Numbered from the stretch's first letter, positions 10,036 to 21,297 are shown. The stretch is DNA of 64,000 nt from Syntrophales bacterium (GCA_963662405.2 CAXXKT010000001.1:1984001-2048000), one strand, 5' to 3'. The notes: generated by a model from the sequence alone, not told the origin. Numbers and translations: made by a program.

Positions 10036-10254
10036 CTACTCCACCTCTTCAATAAAACCTTCCTTTATGAGAAAGTCGCAGAGATGCAGGATGGCCCATT
10101 CGATAGGGACTTCCTCGTATATGGAATAGTGGCAATCGTACACCTTCGTCAATGTGCGGGTGTCATCGTCTGAGCACCCCGCGCGGATAAGGTCGAAGAG
10201 GGTTATTTTCTTCAGTTGGCGGTATGATGTGCCGTTGTGTGTGCAGGTTTTCAT
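10036..10254 (-). CDS. Small hypothetical protein
   Basis: 72-aa ORF MKTCTHNG...EGFIEEVE fills the gap with plausible composition; start uncertain. Confidence 0.5.
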   Translation of the reverse strand: MKTCTHNGTSYRQLKKITLFDLIRAGCSDDDTRTLTKVYDCHYSIYEEVPIEWAILHLCDFLIKEGFIEEVE

Positions 10255-10571
10255 CTCTTCTGTGCCCACGTCACCACGTTCATACATATGTCTGTTGATT
10301 GTTTCTCTCCATCTGCCTGATATCAATATCCGGAAAATCACCGGTTTTCAACCCAATCTTTTCCATGGCGGGGTATGGAGGCGTGATGCCCCGGTTTGTC
10401 GGACACTTCAGGTATTTATGTTTGACGGTCGGTGAGGATCAGAGTAAAACGACGTCTAAACTGAGCGTTCCCCGTGTCATGTGCGCCCGGTGGGAGAAAA
10501 ACGATTTCATGGGGGGCGAGTTCCTGTCGCTTCCTGCACATCAGTATCAGTTTTTATATATAGGGATTTCT

Positions 10572-13445
10572 ATGAGCACCCACCCATTTTTGCGACTGGC
10601 GGTATATACGCTCTTTTTTGTCTCGGGCCTTACCGGATTGGTGTATGAAGTTACGTGGACACGGATACTCACGACCGTTTTCGGGAGTACCACCTACGCA
10701 GTGACATCGGTTCTCTCCGCCTTTATGGGAGGACTGGCCGTCGGCAGTTTTTTCATCGGGAGGTATATCGAAAGAAGACGGAATCCGATCGTAGTCTATG
10801 CTGTTCTTGAGATCGGGATCGGGATAACGGCCCTCTTGATTCCCACTGTCTTCAAGGTCCTGGATACCGTCTATCCGTTCATCTATGCATATACCACCCA
10901 TTCCGTCTGGGCGCTGGTACCGATAAAGGTCGTTTTGTCTCTCCTGGTGCTCTTTGTTCCCACGTTTCTCATGGGCGGGACACTCCCCGTTCTCTGTAAG
11001 TTGTTTATCCACCGGCCACAGGAGAGCGGGAAAGAGGTCGGAATCCTGTACGCGATCAACACGATCGGCGCGACGGTCGGGGCCTTTGTCGCGGGTTTCT
11101 TCCTTATCGAACTGCTGGGAATCCTGAAGACGATTCAGGTGGCTGCGGGGGTCAACATCCTGCTGGGGGTCGCCTTTCTGATCCTCAATCTTTTCTCCAA
11201 AGACATGATGGCGGAAAGAGAAACGGCGACACCGGACGAAGAAGATTCCCGTGGTATCGATACCATCTCACCGTCATATTCCGTTCTGATCCTTGTCGGG
11301 TTTTTCCTGGCCGGTTTCGTGTCCCTTTCCTATGAGGTGCTCTGGACACGTCTCCTCGTCTTCAAACTGAAGATGACCATCTATGCCTTTTCGATCATGC
11401 TGACCACCTTTCTTCTGGGGATCGGTATCGGGAGCATGGCGGTTGCGATCATCGAGAAATATCATCTCATCAGGAATCACGCCCGGGCATTCGGGGTGGT
11501 GGAATCGTTGATCGGTATTCTGGGGCTGGTGACGATCGTCCTTTTCAGCCGGATCGATTCCATCCACCTCTTCGATACGGTTGGATTTTTCAAATCGTCA
11601 CTCTCCTGGCACAGGCTGGTCTTCACGGAGATCCTGTTGGCGGGGATGATCATGATCGTTCCGACGATCCTGATGGGGATGACCCTCCCCCTGGTGAGCA
11701 GGATATTCACCCGGGATATCCGGATCGTCGGTAAAACCATCGGTGGCATCTATGCCGTCAACACCGTGGGCTGCATCCTGGGCTCCTCTGTGACCGGTTT
11801 TGTCCTTGTCACGGTATTGGGGACCCAACACAGCATCATCCTCATATCGCTGATTGCCCTGGCCGTCGGGACGGTCATTGTCCTCATGAACCGGCGGGAG
11901 TTGCGTGAATCGCAAAGATTCGGACGTTCCTCCGTGATATTTTCGGGAATCATGTGGACCGCCGCCGTCGCCGTGATTGTGTGGCTCCCGAAGGATATCC
12001 TTTTCCGGTACTACAATATATTTGAAGAGCAGTTTTTTAAGGATACCAAGATCCTGTACGCGAACGAGGGCATCGAATGCATCACCACCGTCCATCAATA
12101 TCCGGACGGGTTTAGGGGTCTTTCAACAAGCTCGGTGAACATCGCCGGGACGCACTACACGCACCGGACCACCCAGAAGCTCCAGGCCCATGTCCCCATG
12201 CTCCTCCATCCTGATCCGAAGGAGGTTTTGCAGGTCGGATTCGGGAGCGGTGAGACCAGCCACATCGTGACGACGTATGACATAGAACGGCTCGATCTGG
12301 TGGAGATCAGCCGCGAGGTCATCGACACGGCGACACGGTATTTCGGAGAGATCAATCACGATGTGGCCCAGCATCCCCGGTTTCATCCCATCATCATGGA
12401 CGGGGCAAACTATGTCCACCTGACCGGGAAGAAGTACGATCTTATCCTGAACGATGCCTCATGGCCGGGGTATACCGGATGCTCGGCCCTCTATTCGAAA
12501 GACTACTTCGAGAATGCGAAGAAGCTTTTGAAACCCGGCGGCATGATGACCAGCTGGTTTCCAATCATGGAAGGGGATGATTTCAAGATCCTGCTCAAGA
12601 CCTTCCATTCGGTTTTTCCCTATGTCTCCGTGTGGCTGGCCATGACTCACGTCAACAAACATGCCCTGGTCGCCGGATCTTTGCATAAACCGGAGATCGA
12701 CGCGAAACAGTTCCTGAGACGGTTCGTGCGGTATGCCCGGGATGATCTGAGGGTCGTCGACCTGGACAACCCCGTCTTCTTCCTCGATGCCTATCAGGTG
12801 GATGAAACCGCTCTGGGTGATGTGCTCGATTCCGTCCCCCTGCATACCCGTGATCATCCCATACTGGAGTTCACCGAGCGTAAAAAGGACCCGGTCGAAA
12901 ATATCTCCGCCCTGCGAACGATTACGGGGCATAATGTGTCGGCGATACCATATCTGAAAAACGGAGAGGACATATCCATCAATGAGGAACCCTTTCTGCA
13001 GGCCCTTGCGGACGCGCGTGAGGCAACCGGGCTGGTCATGGAAGGGTATATCCGGGTCATTGGTTCCGGTGGGTACCAGCCTCAATATGAATCAGAATTC
13101 AAGGAGGCATTGCTGATCGACCCCTTCCATCCCGGGGCAAACTACTTTTTCTTCCGCATGTTCAAGATCCATTGCAATCTGGCGGGAGACTATGCGGAAA
13201 GCCGGAATGACCAGTATGCCGCGTACTGCTACCGGCTGGCCTTGCGGGAGATCAATTTTTACCTCTCACTGCGGCCGGATGTTGCGGCGGCGTATCATAA
13301 CCGGGGGCTCATCTATCTGAAGGGAGGAACCTATCTGGGGCTCCAGGGAGAAGAGAGTGAAGAGAAGGCCAAGGAAGATTTTGCCAGGGCACGGATGCTG
13401 GAATCCCAATATGCCCCGCCGGAAGATGCCGGCGACAGGTCGTGA
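10572..13445 (+). CDS. Fused MFS-like membrane domain/spermidine synthase-like protein with C-terminal TPR
   Basis: SGLTGLVYEVTW repeated in two TM blocks, LYAINTIGA, VLQVGFGSGET, DGANYV and AYHNRGLIY motifs. Confidence 0.88.
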   Translation: MSTHPFLRLAVYTLFFVSGLTGLVYEVTWTRILTTVFGSTTYAVTSVLSAFMGGLAVGSFFIGRYIERRRNPIVVYAVLEIGIGITALLIPTVFKVLDTVYPFIYAYTTHSVWALVPIKVVLSLLVLFVPTFLMGGTLPVLCKLFIHRPQESGKEVGILYAINTIGATVGAFVAGFFLIELLGILKTIQVAAGVNILLGVAFLILNLFSKDMMAERETATPDEEDSRGIDTISPSYSVLILVGFFLAGFVSLSYEVLWTRLLVFKLKMTIYAFSIMLTTFLLGIGIGSMAVAIIEKYHLIRNHARAFGVVESLIGILGLVTIVLFSRIDSIHLFDTVGFFKSSLSWHRLVFTEILLAGMIMIVPTILMGMTLPLVSRIFTRDIRIVGKTIGGIYAVNTVGCILGSSVTGFVLVTVLGTQHSIILISLIALAVGTVIVLMNRRELRESQRFGRSSVIFSGIMWTAAVAVIVWLPKDILFRYYNIFEEQFFKDTKILYANEGIECITTVHQYPDGFRGLSTSSVNIAGTHYTHRTTQKLQAHVPMLLHPDPKEVLQVGFGSGETSHIVTTYDIERLDLVEISREVIDTATRYFGEINHDVAQHPRFHPIIMDGANYVHLTGKKYDLILNDASWPGYTGCSALYSKDYFENAKKLLKPGGMMTSWFPIMEGDDFKILLKTFHSVFPYVSVWLAMTHVNKHALVAGSLHKPEIDAKQFLRRFVRYARDDLRVVDLDNPVFFLDAYQVDETALGDVLDSVPLHTRDHPILEFTERKKDPVENISALRTITGHNVSAIPYLKNGEDISINEEPFLQALADAREATGLVMEGYIRVIGSGGYQPQYESEFKEALLIDPFHPGANYFFFRMFKIHCNLAGDYAESRNDQYAAYCYRLALREINFYLSLRPDVAAAYHNRGLIYLKGGTYLGLQGEESEEKAKEDFARARMLESQYAPPEDAGDRS

Positions 13446-13806
13446 TGTTTTCACTTTCTTTTCGTAATTTCCGGGAGGTTGAGGATGAAACAGCTTGCAA
13501 AGTTGATGCTCATCGTGTTTATTGTGGTCTGGTTTTCAGGATGTTGCAGCATCCCGGATCTCCCCGGTCCTGTGGGGATTCCCGGACTTTAGAAAAAGCC
13601 CTCCTGGAGGGTACGGCGAGAAATTGCCGGATCGGGTGGATTGAGAGCTGTATCTTCAGGTAGCGCTTGCAGCCGCTCCCTGAAGCTGTCCGTCTACACA
13701 ATATACAGCATGAGGATAACGGATCTTGTTTTCGCACCCGTGACGCGAGTGCCGAAACGAGATCGATTACGGAACAAACAACATTATCAAAGGGAAGGGT
13801 CATGTC

Positions 13807-15417
13807 ATGATTACACGTGCACCGTCATTTTTCGCGAGGGTTTCCTGTCGGTATCTGCTCCTCATAGCCCTGATCGTTCTGGCGATTCACGCCGGGACGG
13901 TGACGGGGGTGAGGGCCGATGATGCCGCCACGGTGGAGGTCGACGCGAATGGCATCGTTGTCACCCCCGCCACCTCCGCGGTGACCTACCTCCTCCTCCG
14001 AGTCGCCGATCCCCGGGGAGATCTGATCAGCGAAGAGAGCACCGCGGGGACCGGGATCACCTGGGCACCGCCGGCGGGGGCGGCGGACGGTTTCTACACC
14101 TGGGAGGTGCGCGCCGGTTTCAGCGCACGGAAGACATCGCGGGATGAGGCCGTGCAGGCACAGGAACAGACCCGCCCGTGGAGTCGGTCGGAGACCTTCC
14201 TCGTCAAGGAGGGTACCATCGTTTCTCCGTCCGGCACGGAAAGCGGTCTCCTCGATAGGCTCTTCTCCACGGCCTCCGCCGCCCTCGGGGTGTTTATGGA
14301 CCTCATGGTCCCGCCGGCCTGGGCGGATCAGGTCTTTCAAGACGATGTTATCGTCCAGGGAAGCCTCGGTGTCGGGATGGACAACGACAACGGTGAGCCC
14401 TTCGGGTACGACACGATCCGCCTCAAGGAGAACAACCTGCGGATCCGTTTTTACGATACCAGCAACAGTGCCTCTTTCCCCACGAACGACTGGCAGATCG
14501 TCATCAACGACTTTTCCAACGGCGGGGCAAATTACTTTGCCGTGGAAGATTTGGATGCGGGGAGGAGACCCTTCACGATAGAGGCCGGGGCACGCAGCAA
14601 CTCTCTGTATGTCGATAACGCGTACTACAGCCGTATCGGTATCGGAACGTCCACGCCGGGCATAACAGGGGGGGTCCACACGGTATGTGGCAACACCCCC
14701 ACCGTCCGGCTCGAGCAGGACGGATCGAGCGGATGGGCGCCACAGACATGGGACGTGGCGGGGCACGAAACCTATTTCTTCATCCGCGACGTGACACACG
14801 GTTCAAATCTCCCCTTCCGGATTTTCCCCGGCACGCCGAGCGATACCCTCTGTGTGGGGTCTGGTAATGGTGCGGAGATGCGTGTCGGGATCGGGACCAG
14901 AAAACCGGCGGCGACATTGGATGTGCAGGGGGACGCACGGATCGGGATCGAATCAGGAACGACGGCGAATGTGGTAGAGGTGTACGGGACCGTCAGGGTC
15001 ACGGCCGGAACGTCCTTTCCTGCGAAGCTGGAGGTGAATGGAAACGCCTTTGTCCTGGGGAATCTCGAGATGGGGAGCAGCAGGGAATACAAGGAAAACA
15101 TCCGGACGCTCGAGGTGGAGGAGGCGATGAAGGCCTTGCAGGAACTCCGCCCCGTCAAATTTCATTACACGGTCGACCCGGACGAGGAATCGGTCGGCTT
15201 CATAGCCGAGGAGGTGCCGGATCTGGTGGCTACCAACAGCAGGAAATCACTGAGCACCATGGATATTGTGGCGGTCATCGCCAGGGTCACCCAGGAACAG
15301 CAGGGGGTTGCACGGGAACAGCAGAAGGTGATCGAACAGCTCACGCTCAAGATCGCCGATCTGGAGAGCAAACTGAAAACGCTCTCGCGGAACACCCACT
15401 CCGGGGGTGCGCTCTGA
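13807..15417 (+). CDS. Secreted tail-fibre-like protein with peptidase S74 (intramolecular chaperone) domain and coiled coil
   Basis: Signal peptide; IGIGTSTP/VGIGTRKP spike repeats; SSREYKENI...GFIAEEV S74 motif; C-terminal coiled coil. Confidence 0.75.
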   Translation: MITRAPSFFARVSCRYLLLIALIVLAIHAGTVTGVRADDAATVEVDANGIVVTPATSAVTYLLLRVADPRGDLISEESTAGTGITWAPPAGAADGFYTWEVRAGFSARKTSRDEAVQAQEQTRPWSRSETFLVKEGTIVSPSGTESGLLDRLFSTASAALGVFMDLMVPPAWADQVFQDDVIVQGSLGVGMDNDNGEPFGYDTIRLKENNLRIRFYDTSNSASFPTNDWQIVINDFSNGGANYFAVEDLDAGRRPFTIEAGARSNSLYVDNAYYSRIGIGTSTPGITGGVHTVCGNTPTVRLEQDGSSGWAPQTWDVAGHETYFFIRDVTHGSNLPFRIFPGTPSDTLCVGSGNGAEMRVGIGTRKPAATLDVQGDARIGIESGTTANVVEVYGTVRVTAGTSFPAKLEVNGNAFVLGNLEMGSSREYKENIRTLEVEEAMKALQELRPVKFHYTVDPDEESVGFIAEEVPDLVATNSRKSLSTMDIVAVIARVTQEQQGVAREQQKVIEQLTLKIADLESKLKTLSRNTHSGGAL

Positions 15418-15558
15418 GTAACAGCGTCGAACGACCCCCGGATCTTGTGAAACGGGATGGTTCCGATGATTCGCTTCTTCCTGATGCCGGTACACGTGCT
15501 ACGGTCCATGCGTTACGCAGAGAGGTAAAGCGACCATACTCCACTCTATGATGAGGCA

Positions 15559-18234
15559 ATGATGAAAAGGCCTGTTTCTTGTGTAGCATTGCTCCTCTTT
15601 TTCGCTGTTCTGTCATTCGGGACTCTTCCGGCTTTAGCGGGCAGTATAATTATCCATAACGGAGCCACCCTGACCCCGAACGGATCAACGATCGATCTCA
15701 ACTGTCAGGACCTCACCGTAGAAGATGGCGGGACATTTAACCTGAACAGTGGTGCGGTTTCGGAATGTGGGAACCTGATTGTCGAGAGCGGCGGGTTTTT
15801 GATCCAGGGTTCGGGGACGATATCTTATTGCACCCCCACCGTCACAACCGAGGCGGTGACTGGCATCGGGACAACCACGGCGACCGGGAACGGAACGATC
15901 ACGGACCTCGGTGTATCAAATCCCACGGCACATGGTGTCTGCTGGAACACGACCGGTGCCCCCACGCTGGCGGACGACAGCACGGACGAAGGGGCGGCGG
16001 GGACCACCGGTACGTTTACATCCGCAATGACGGGGCTTTCGCCAAATACCACCTATTATGTCCGGGCCTATGCTGCCAATACGGAGGGGACGGCCTACGG
16101 TAATGAGGTGTCCTTTTCTACAGCGGCAGCCGCGGTTGCACCGACGGCCACCACCCGGGCGGCCAGCGGGGTCGACGACACGACGGCCACGCTGAACGGT
16201 ACCGTCAATGCCAACGGTGCCAGCACGACCGTCGCATTCGAGTATGGCACCGATACGAGCTACGGGACCACCGTCACGGCCGACCAGAGCCCGGTCGACG
16301 GTTTCACCGATAGGGCCGCCAGTAAGATCATCACCGGGTTGACCACCGGGACCACCTACCACTATCGTGTCGTGGCAACCAATGTCAACGGCACCACCAA
16401 TGGCGCTGACATGACCTTTACTCCCGGAGCCACGCCTCCGATGGCCACCACCCAGGCGACCACGGCAGTCGGGACCCAGGCGGCCACGCTGAACGGTATC
16501 GTCAATGCCAACAATGACAGCACAACCGTCACCTTCGAGTATGGAGAGACAGCCGCGTACGGCAGTTCGGCAGATGCCGATCAAAGCCCGGTTTCCGGCA
16601 CGACCGATACGATCGTCAGCGCGACCATCACCGGTTTGACCGAAGGTGTTACCTATCACTACCGCGTCGTGGCGACCAATGCATCCGGCACCACCACCGG
16701 CGCCGATATGACCTTTACGACCGGTGTTACCCCTCCGACGGCCATCTCCCAGGCGGCCACGGCGGTGGGTACCACGACGGTCACGCTGAACGGTACCGTC
16801 AATGCCAATGGAACCAGTACGACCGTTACCTTCCAGTACGGAGAGACGACCGCGTACGGGGCCACGGCGAATGCGGTTCAAAGCCCGGTTTCCGGCACAA
16901 CCGACACGGCTGTCAGTGCGGCGATCTGCGGTCTTACCGCCGGTACCACGTATCACTATCGTGTCGTGGCCCAAAATGGCGGTGGCGCGACTTACGGCAC
17001 TGACCTGACCTTTACGACGGGAACCATGCCCCCGACGGTCACCACCCAGGCGGCCACGGCAGTGGGCACCACGACGGCCACGTTGAACGGCATCGTCAAT
17101 GCCAACGGTGCCAGTACGGTTGTTTCTTTTCAGTGTGGGACAACTGTTGAGTACGGGAGGACAATCACGGCAAGCCAGAGCCCGGTCACCGGGTCCAGTA
17201 ATACTGCCGTCAGCGCCGCTATGGATACACTCACTCCAAACACCCTCTACCACTATCGGGTATGCGCCGTGAATGGAACGGGAACCACATACGGTGCGGA
17301 TATGACCTTTACGACCAATCCGCTCGGGGCTCCCACGGTCACAACCACCACGGTGAGCGATATAACGATGACGACGGCGACAAGCGGAGGAACCGTCACC
17401 GAGGAAGGAAACGCTCCGGTGACGGCGCGGGGAGTCTGCTGGGGTACCTCGTCAGGTCCGACCATCGATGACTCCATCACCTCGAACGGCACGGGCACCG
17501 GTGCATTTACCAGCGACCTCGCCGGCCTGAGCCCGCTCACGACCTATTACGTCAGGGCGTACGCGACCAATACCATCGGGACTTCTTACGGGGATGCAAT
17601 GCAGTTCCCGACCGATGACGACGGCACGGGGGTGGAACCCGAAACCCAGGCTGCCGGGCCGAACGGCGGGGACGGGAACGGAGATGGGATGCAGGACAAC
17701 CTGCAGAGAACGGTCGCCTCGCTCCCCTCGGCAACCGGCACCGGATATCTGACTGTTGAGATATCCGGTTGTGACCAGATCGAACAGGTGAGGGCGGTCA
17801 CGTACGATTCAGTGGGATTAATCGATCCCGGATACGCTTATCCCTTCGGCCTGCTGAAATTTGAGATTCCCTGTTCACCGGTGACGGTCAGAATTTACTA
17901 CCACAGTGCCGAGACCCTTGAGGGGTACCGCTACCGGAAATTCGGACCCACTCCGAATAACTGGAGCAGGTCGATCTGGTATACCCTGCCGGAGGTGACC
18001 TTCGGCACGGCACTGATCGGAGGGCAGACTGTGTGCTATGCAGAGTTCATCCTGACGGCAGGTCAGCTGGGAGACGATACCGACGGCCTTTCGATCATCG
18101 ATCAGGGCGGCCCGGGATTATTTGACCCCTACGCAGTCCCCGTTTTCTCAGCATGGGGTATGATGCTGTTCACCCTGCTGGTTGCGGGAGCGGCGATTGT
18201 ATGCGTGAGAAGAAAAAGCCATATGACGGTATAA
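15559..18234 (+). CDS. Thr-rich FN3-like repeat surface protein with choice-of-anchor-like domain and IPTL-CTERM-like sorting signal
   Basis: Signal peptide; six roughly 99-aa FN3-like repeats (GLxxxTTYxYRxxAxN); GDGNGDG..D; C-terminal VPVFSAWG + TM helix + RRK. Confidence 0.8.
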   Translation: MMKRPVSCVALLLFFAVLSFGTLPALAGSIIIHNGATLTPNGSTIDLNCQDLTVEDGGTFNLNSGAVSECGNLIVESGGFLIQGSGTISYCTPTVTTEAVTGIGTTTATGNGTITDLGVSNPTAHGVCWNTTGAPTLADDSTDEGAAGTTGTFTSAMTGLSPNTTYYVRAYAANTEGTAYGNEVSFSTAAAAVAPTATTRAASGVDDTTATLNGTVNANGASTTVAFEYGTDTSYGTTVTADQSPVDGFTDRAASKIITGLTTGTTYHYRVVATNVNGTTNGADMTFTPGATPPMATTQATTAVGTQAATLNGIVNANNDSTTVTFEYGETAAYGSSADADQSPVSGTTDTIVSATITGLTEGVTYHYRVVATNASGTTTGADMTFTTGVTPPTAISQAATAVGTTTVTLNGTVNANGTSTTVTFQYGETTAYGATANAVQSPVSGTTDTAVSAAICGLTAGTTYHYRVVAQNGGGATYGTDLTFTTGTMPPTVTTQAATAVGTTTATLNGIVNANGASTVVSFQCGTTVEYGRTITASQSPVTGSSNTAVSAAMDTLTPNTLYHYRVCAVNGTGTTYGADMTFTTNPLGAPTVTTTTVSDITMTTATSGGTVTEEGNAPVTARGVCWGTSSGPTIDDSITSNGTGTGAFTSDLAGLSPLTTYYVRAYATNTIGTSYGDAMQFPTDDDGTGVEPETQAAGPNGGDGNGDGMQDNLQRTVASLPSATGTGYLTVEISGCDQIEQVRAVTYDSVGLIDPGYAYPFGLLKFEIPCSPVTVRIYYHSAETLEGYRYRKFGPTPNNWSRSIWYTLPEVTFGTALIGGQTVCYAEFILTAGQLGDDTDGLSIIDQGGPGLFDPYAVPVFSAWGMMLFTLLVAGAAIVCVRRKSHMTV
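16141..17328 (+). repeat. Four tandem 297-nt (99-aa) intragenic repeats
   Basis: ACG(C/T)TGAACGG recurs at 16189, 16486, 16783 and 17080, an exact 297-nt period. Confidence 0.9.
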
Positions 18235-18475
18235 CAATCATGCGGCGGACCGTTGGTCGCGAGAAAAGGTCAGGGCCTTTTACATCTTTGACCTTTCGTT
18301 TCAATCGAACGGCAGGATGCACGAGATCATTCGTTGCAGGGACAGTGAAACCTCTTGAGAAGAAATATGCAAAGAATCGGCCCGGCAGGATGTTGTCAAT
18401 AAAAGGAAATAAAACGTAATAAATGCTGTAAGGCGTAGCTTTCTTGTGATTATCTGATCTTCAATTCTGACGGTT

Positions 18476-19513
18476 TTAGAATGTGTGGATTGCCGTTGAT
18501 TTAAAAGAAAAGAATGTCTCCGATCCCTCGCCGACCTCGAGGTCAAAGAGGGAGCTTTTGGTGATCAGCGATTTGAAGGTAACGTTTTCAATGCTCACAC
18601 TCACTTCGTAGTAGAGCCCCTGATCCGTCACCTCCGTGACATGTCCCTTGAAAGAATTTCTCATGCTGGAGACCAGCTTTCTCTTGCTGAGGACGACATC
18701 TTCGGGACGTATGGCGATATAGCCGTGCCCGTTTTCAGGTGTTCTCCCCAGCTCGATCTCCAGTCCGTTTATGACGGCCTTGGTATCATGGAAACGGGCC
18801 GTAAACAGGTTTTTCATCCCGACAAAATCAGCGACAAACGTGGATCCCGGTCTCTGGAAGATCTCTTTCATCCCTCCGACCTGCTTGATCCTTCCTCCGT
18901 CCATGACGGCAGCCCGGTCCGCGAGGGAGAGGGCCTCTGAGAAGTCGTGGGTCACCATGAGGAAGGTGGCATCCGTGTTTTCGTGGAGTCGTTTGAGTCC
19001 CTTTCGCAGATCCTCTCGGAATACCGGGTCCAGGGCGGAGAGGGGCTCGTCGAGGAGAAGCACCTGCGGGTTTACGATCAATGCCCGCGCCAGGGAGACG
19101 CGCTGGTTTTCCCCGCCGCTCAGGTTTGTGGGGAGACGCTGCAGGAGGTGGGCAAGGTTCAACTCTTCCACCAAGCGATCAAAGCGTTGTGTTGCCTCTG
19201 CCTTGGAGGTCTTATGGAAGTGGAGACCATAGGTGATATTGTCCTGCACCGTCAGGTGGGGAAAGAGCGAATAGTCCTGATAGACGATGGATATCCCCCT
19301 CTTTTCCGGTGGAAGTCCGGTGATGTTTCGGCCGTCGACGATGATGTGCCCGCTTTTGACCCGGATCAGCCCCGCGATCGCCTCGAGGAGCACCGTCTTC
19401 CCCGCCCCCGTGGGACCCATCAGTATGAAGAACTCGTTCTTCTCGATCGAGAGGTTGATTTCTCGGAGGTCGAATTCCCCCAGGTGGATGTCGACGTTAT
19501 CGATGTTGATCAT
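18476..19513 (-). CDS. wtpC: Tungstate/molybdate ABC transporter ATPase with TOBE domain
   Basis: GPTGAGKT, LSGGE, LLLDEP, SSMRNSF TOBE motifs; operon context. Confidence 0.85.
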   Translation of the reverse strand: MINIDNVDIHLGEFDLREINLSIEKNEFFILMGPTGAGKTVLLEAIAGLIRVKSGHIIVDGRNITGLPPEKRGISIVYQDYSLFPHLTVQDNITYGLHFHKTSKAEATQRFDRLVEELNLAHLLQRLPTNLSGGENQRVSLARALIVNPQVLLLDEPLSALDPVFREDLRKGLKRLHENTDATFLMVTHDFSEALSLADRAAVMDGGRIKQVGGMKEIFQRPGSTFVADFVGMKNLFTARFHDTKAVINGLEIELGRTPENGHGYIAIRPEDVVLSKRKLVSSMRNSFKGHVTEVTDQGLYYEVSVSIENVTFKSLITKSSLFDLEVGEGSETFFSFKSTAIHTF

Positions 19514-20295
19514 GATCGCTCGGTGCTCCTGAGGGTGAGGATCCGCAAGACCAGAAAGAGAATCAGACAGATAGATACGAGCCACACCGCCACCGGTTGA
19601 GAATATTTAAGCCCGTAGCTTTCAAACCGTTCATACAACAGGACCGGCGCGATCATGGGGTGATACGCGACAATAACGACCGCCCCGAACTCGCTGATCG
19701 CGCGGGCGCTGCACATGATGATGCCGATCAGCATGCTGCGCCAGGCGAGGGGAAAGGTGATCCGGGTAAAGGTGCTGAACATGGAGGCCCCGAGGCTCCG
19801 TGATACGTTTTCGAGCCGGGGCGGGATGTTTTCAAATCCGTTCTTGACCGCGTTGACGTAGAAGGGAAGCCCCACAAAGGTGAGGACCACGACGATCCCC
19901 GTCACACTCCCCATGATCCTGATGCCGAGTTCGTTGAAAAACTGTCCGAGCCAATGTCCCCTCCCCGCGACGCTGAGGATCGCGATCCCCACGACCGGGT
20001 GGGGAATGACGATCGGGAGGTCGATGATGCTCTCTATCAGGTGTTTCCCTTTGAAATCGCTTCTCGCGAGGATATAGGCGAGTGGGGTGCCGAAAAGGAA
20101 GGCGATGACCGCGGCCAATCCGGCTGTGTAGATGCTCAGCCAGATCGACCGCACGACATCTTTGTCTTGAATGGTTTCCTTGAGCATGGATAGAGAAGGG
20201 GCCGTCAGCATCTGAATCAGCGGAAGGAGGATGAAGGCCATGATAACCAGCCCGCACGACACGGTGATCCAGAAAAACGGTTCCTTCTTTATCAT
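19510..20295 (-). CDS. wtpB: Tungstate/molybdate ABC transporter permease
   Basis: DLPIVIPHPVVG, EAA-like loop, ARAISEFGAV..AYHP motifs. Confidence 0.85.
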   Translation of the reverse strand: MIKKEPFFWITVSCGLVIMAFILLPLIQMLTAPSLSMLKETIQDKDVVRSIWLSIYTAGLAAVIAFLFGTPLAYILARSDFKGKHLIESIIDLPIVIPHPVVGIAILSVAGRGHWLGQFFNELGIRIMGSVTGIVVVLTFVGLPFYVNAVKNGFENIPPRLENVSRSLGASMFSTFTRITFPLAWRSMLIGIIMCSARAISEFGAVVIVAYHPMIAPVLLYERFESYGLKYSQPVAVWLVSICLILFLVLRILTLRSTERS

Positions 20296-20310
20296 TGTTT
20301 TTTCTGTTTC

Positions 20311-21297
20311 CTAGTTCTTGACGGTGACGAGGCCCTGAAGCTCTGAGGGGAGCTTCGCCTTCATCGCCTCAGAGGAAACCCTGCAGGGGACAAACGGAGG
20401 CTGCCCCATCTCCTCCAATATCTTAAGACCTCCTTCAGGGTCAAGCATATACGCGAGGAAGGCAACAGCGGCTTCCCGGTTGGGGGCGTTTTCGATGAGC
20501 GTGACGCCGTACGTACAGGATTTTCCTTTCATCTCCATATAGGTCCCCGGTTTTTTCCCCGTGACCTTTACCACCGCCTTTTCGTAAATCGGATCATATT
20601 TGTAATTCCCCAGGTTCATTTCGTCGGGAAGAACGATATATCTCAGCTTATGCTGGACCGCTACGGAAAGGTATTCCCAGGCATAGTCCATATTGCCGGT
20701 CTGGAGGAGAGAAATGAGTTCAACGGATTTGGGCCGGATATTTTCCTGGGGCCTGTTGGCCAGCAATTTATCGTAGAGACCCGGTTTCCCGAGTGCCTTT
20801 TCGGCGAGCTGCATCACCATCAGCGACCGGTAGCCGCAGGGATCGAGGTTCGGGTCGGAGTGGCCCCAGACAACGCCCTTTCTCTGGAGGATTTCGTACC
20901 AGTTGGAGGCGTTGATCTCACCGGCGAACCTGCTTTTGTCCGTGTAGCAGAGGACCAACTGGTTCGTTGCAAAACGGATGTTCAGGACGGAATACTGGGG
21001 GATCAGCAGTTTGTCGATCACCTTGTAGTCGGCCGAAGCCATGATATCGCACGGTTTTTTGAGATCCGATATCTTCCGCGCGGCCTTCTGGCTCCCGCTT
21101 GCCTCGCGCTGGAGATCGACTTTCGGGTACTTTGCCTCAAAGGCCTTTTCCATGGCGGCGAAGGGGACGGTGAGGCTCCCGGCGTGGAACATGGTGAGTT
21201 TTCCCTCAGGTTCGGCAAAACCGGTTGCCGGAGCAATGAAAAAAAAGATTCCGGTCAGTAAAAACCCCAACCACCTCCATCTGTTAATGGTCCTCAT
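20311..21297 (-). CDS. wtpA: Tungstate ABC transporter substrate-binding protein
   Basis: [27 protein letters not shown] and YAWEYLS motifs of WtpA. Confidence 0.88.
   Translation of the reverse strand: MRTINRWRWLGFLLTGIFFFIAPATGFAEPEGKLTMFHAGSLTVPFAAMEKAFEAKYPKVDLQREASGSQKAARKISDLKKPCDIMASADYKVIDKLLIPQYSVLNIRFATNQLVLCYTDKSRFAGEINASNWYEILQRKGVVWGHSDPNLDPCGYRSLMVMQLAEKALGKPGLYDKLLANRPQENIRPKSVELISLLQTGNMDYAWEYLSVAVQHKLRYIVLPDEMNLGNYKYDPIYEKAVVKVTGKKPGTYMEMKGKSCTYGVTLIENAPNREAAVAFLAYMLDPEGGLKILEEMGQPPFVPCRVSSEAMKAKLPSELQGLVTVKN

Noticed and set aside
16141..17328. CRISPR-like or non-coding repeat array
   Set aside because: Repeats are in-frame 297-nt protein domains without spacers; no CRISPR array or cas gene seen anywhere in the window.
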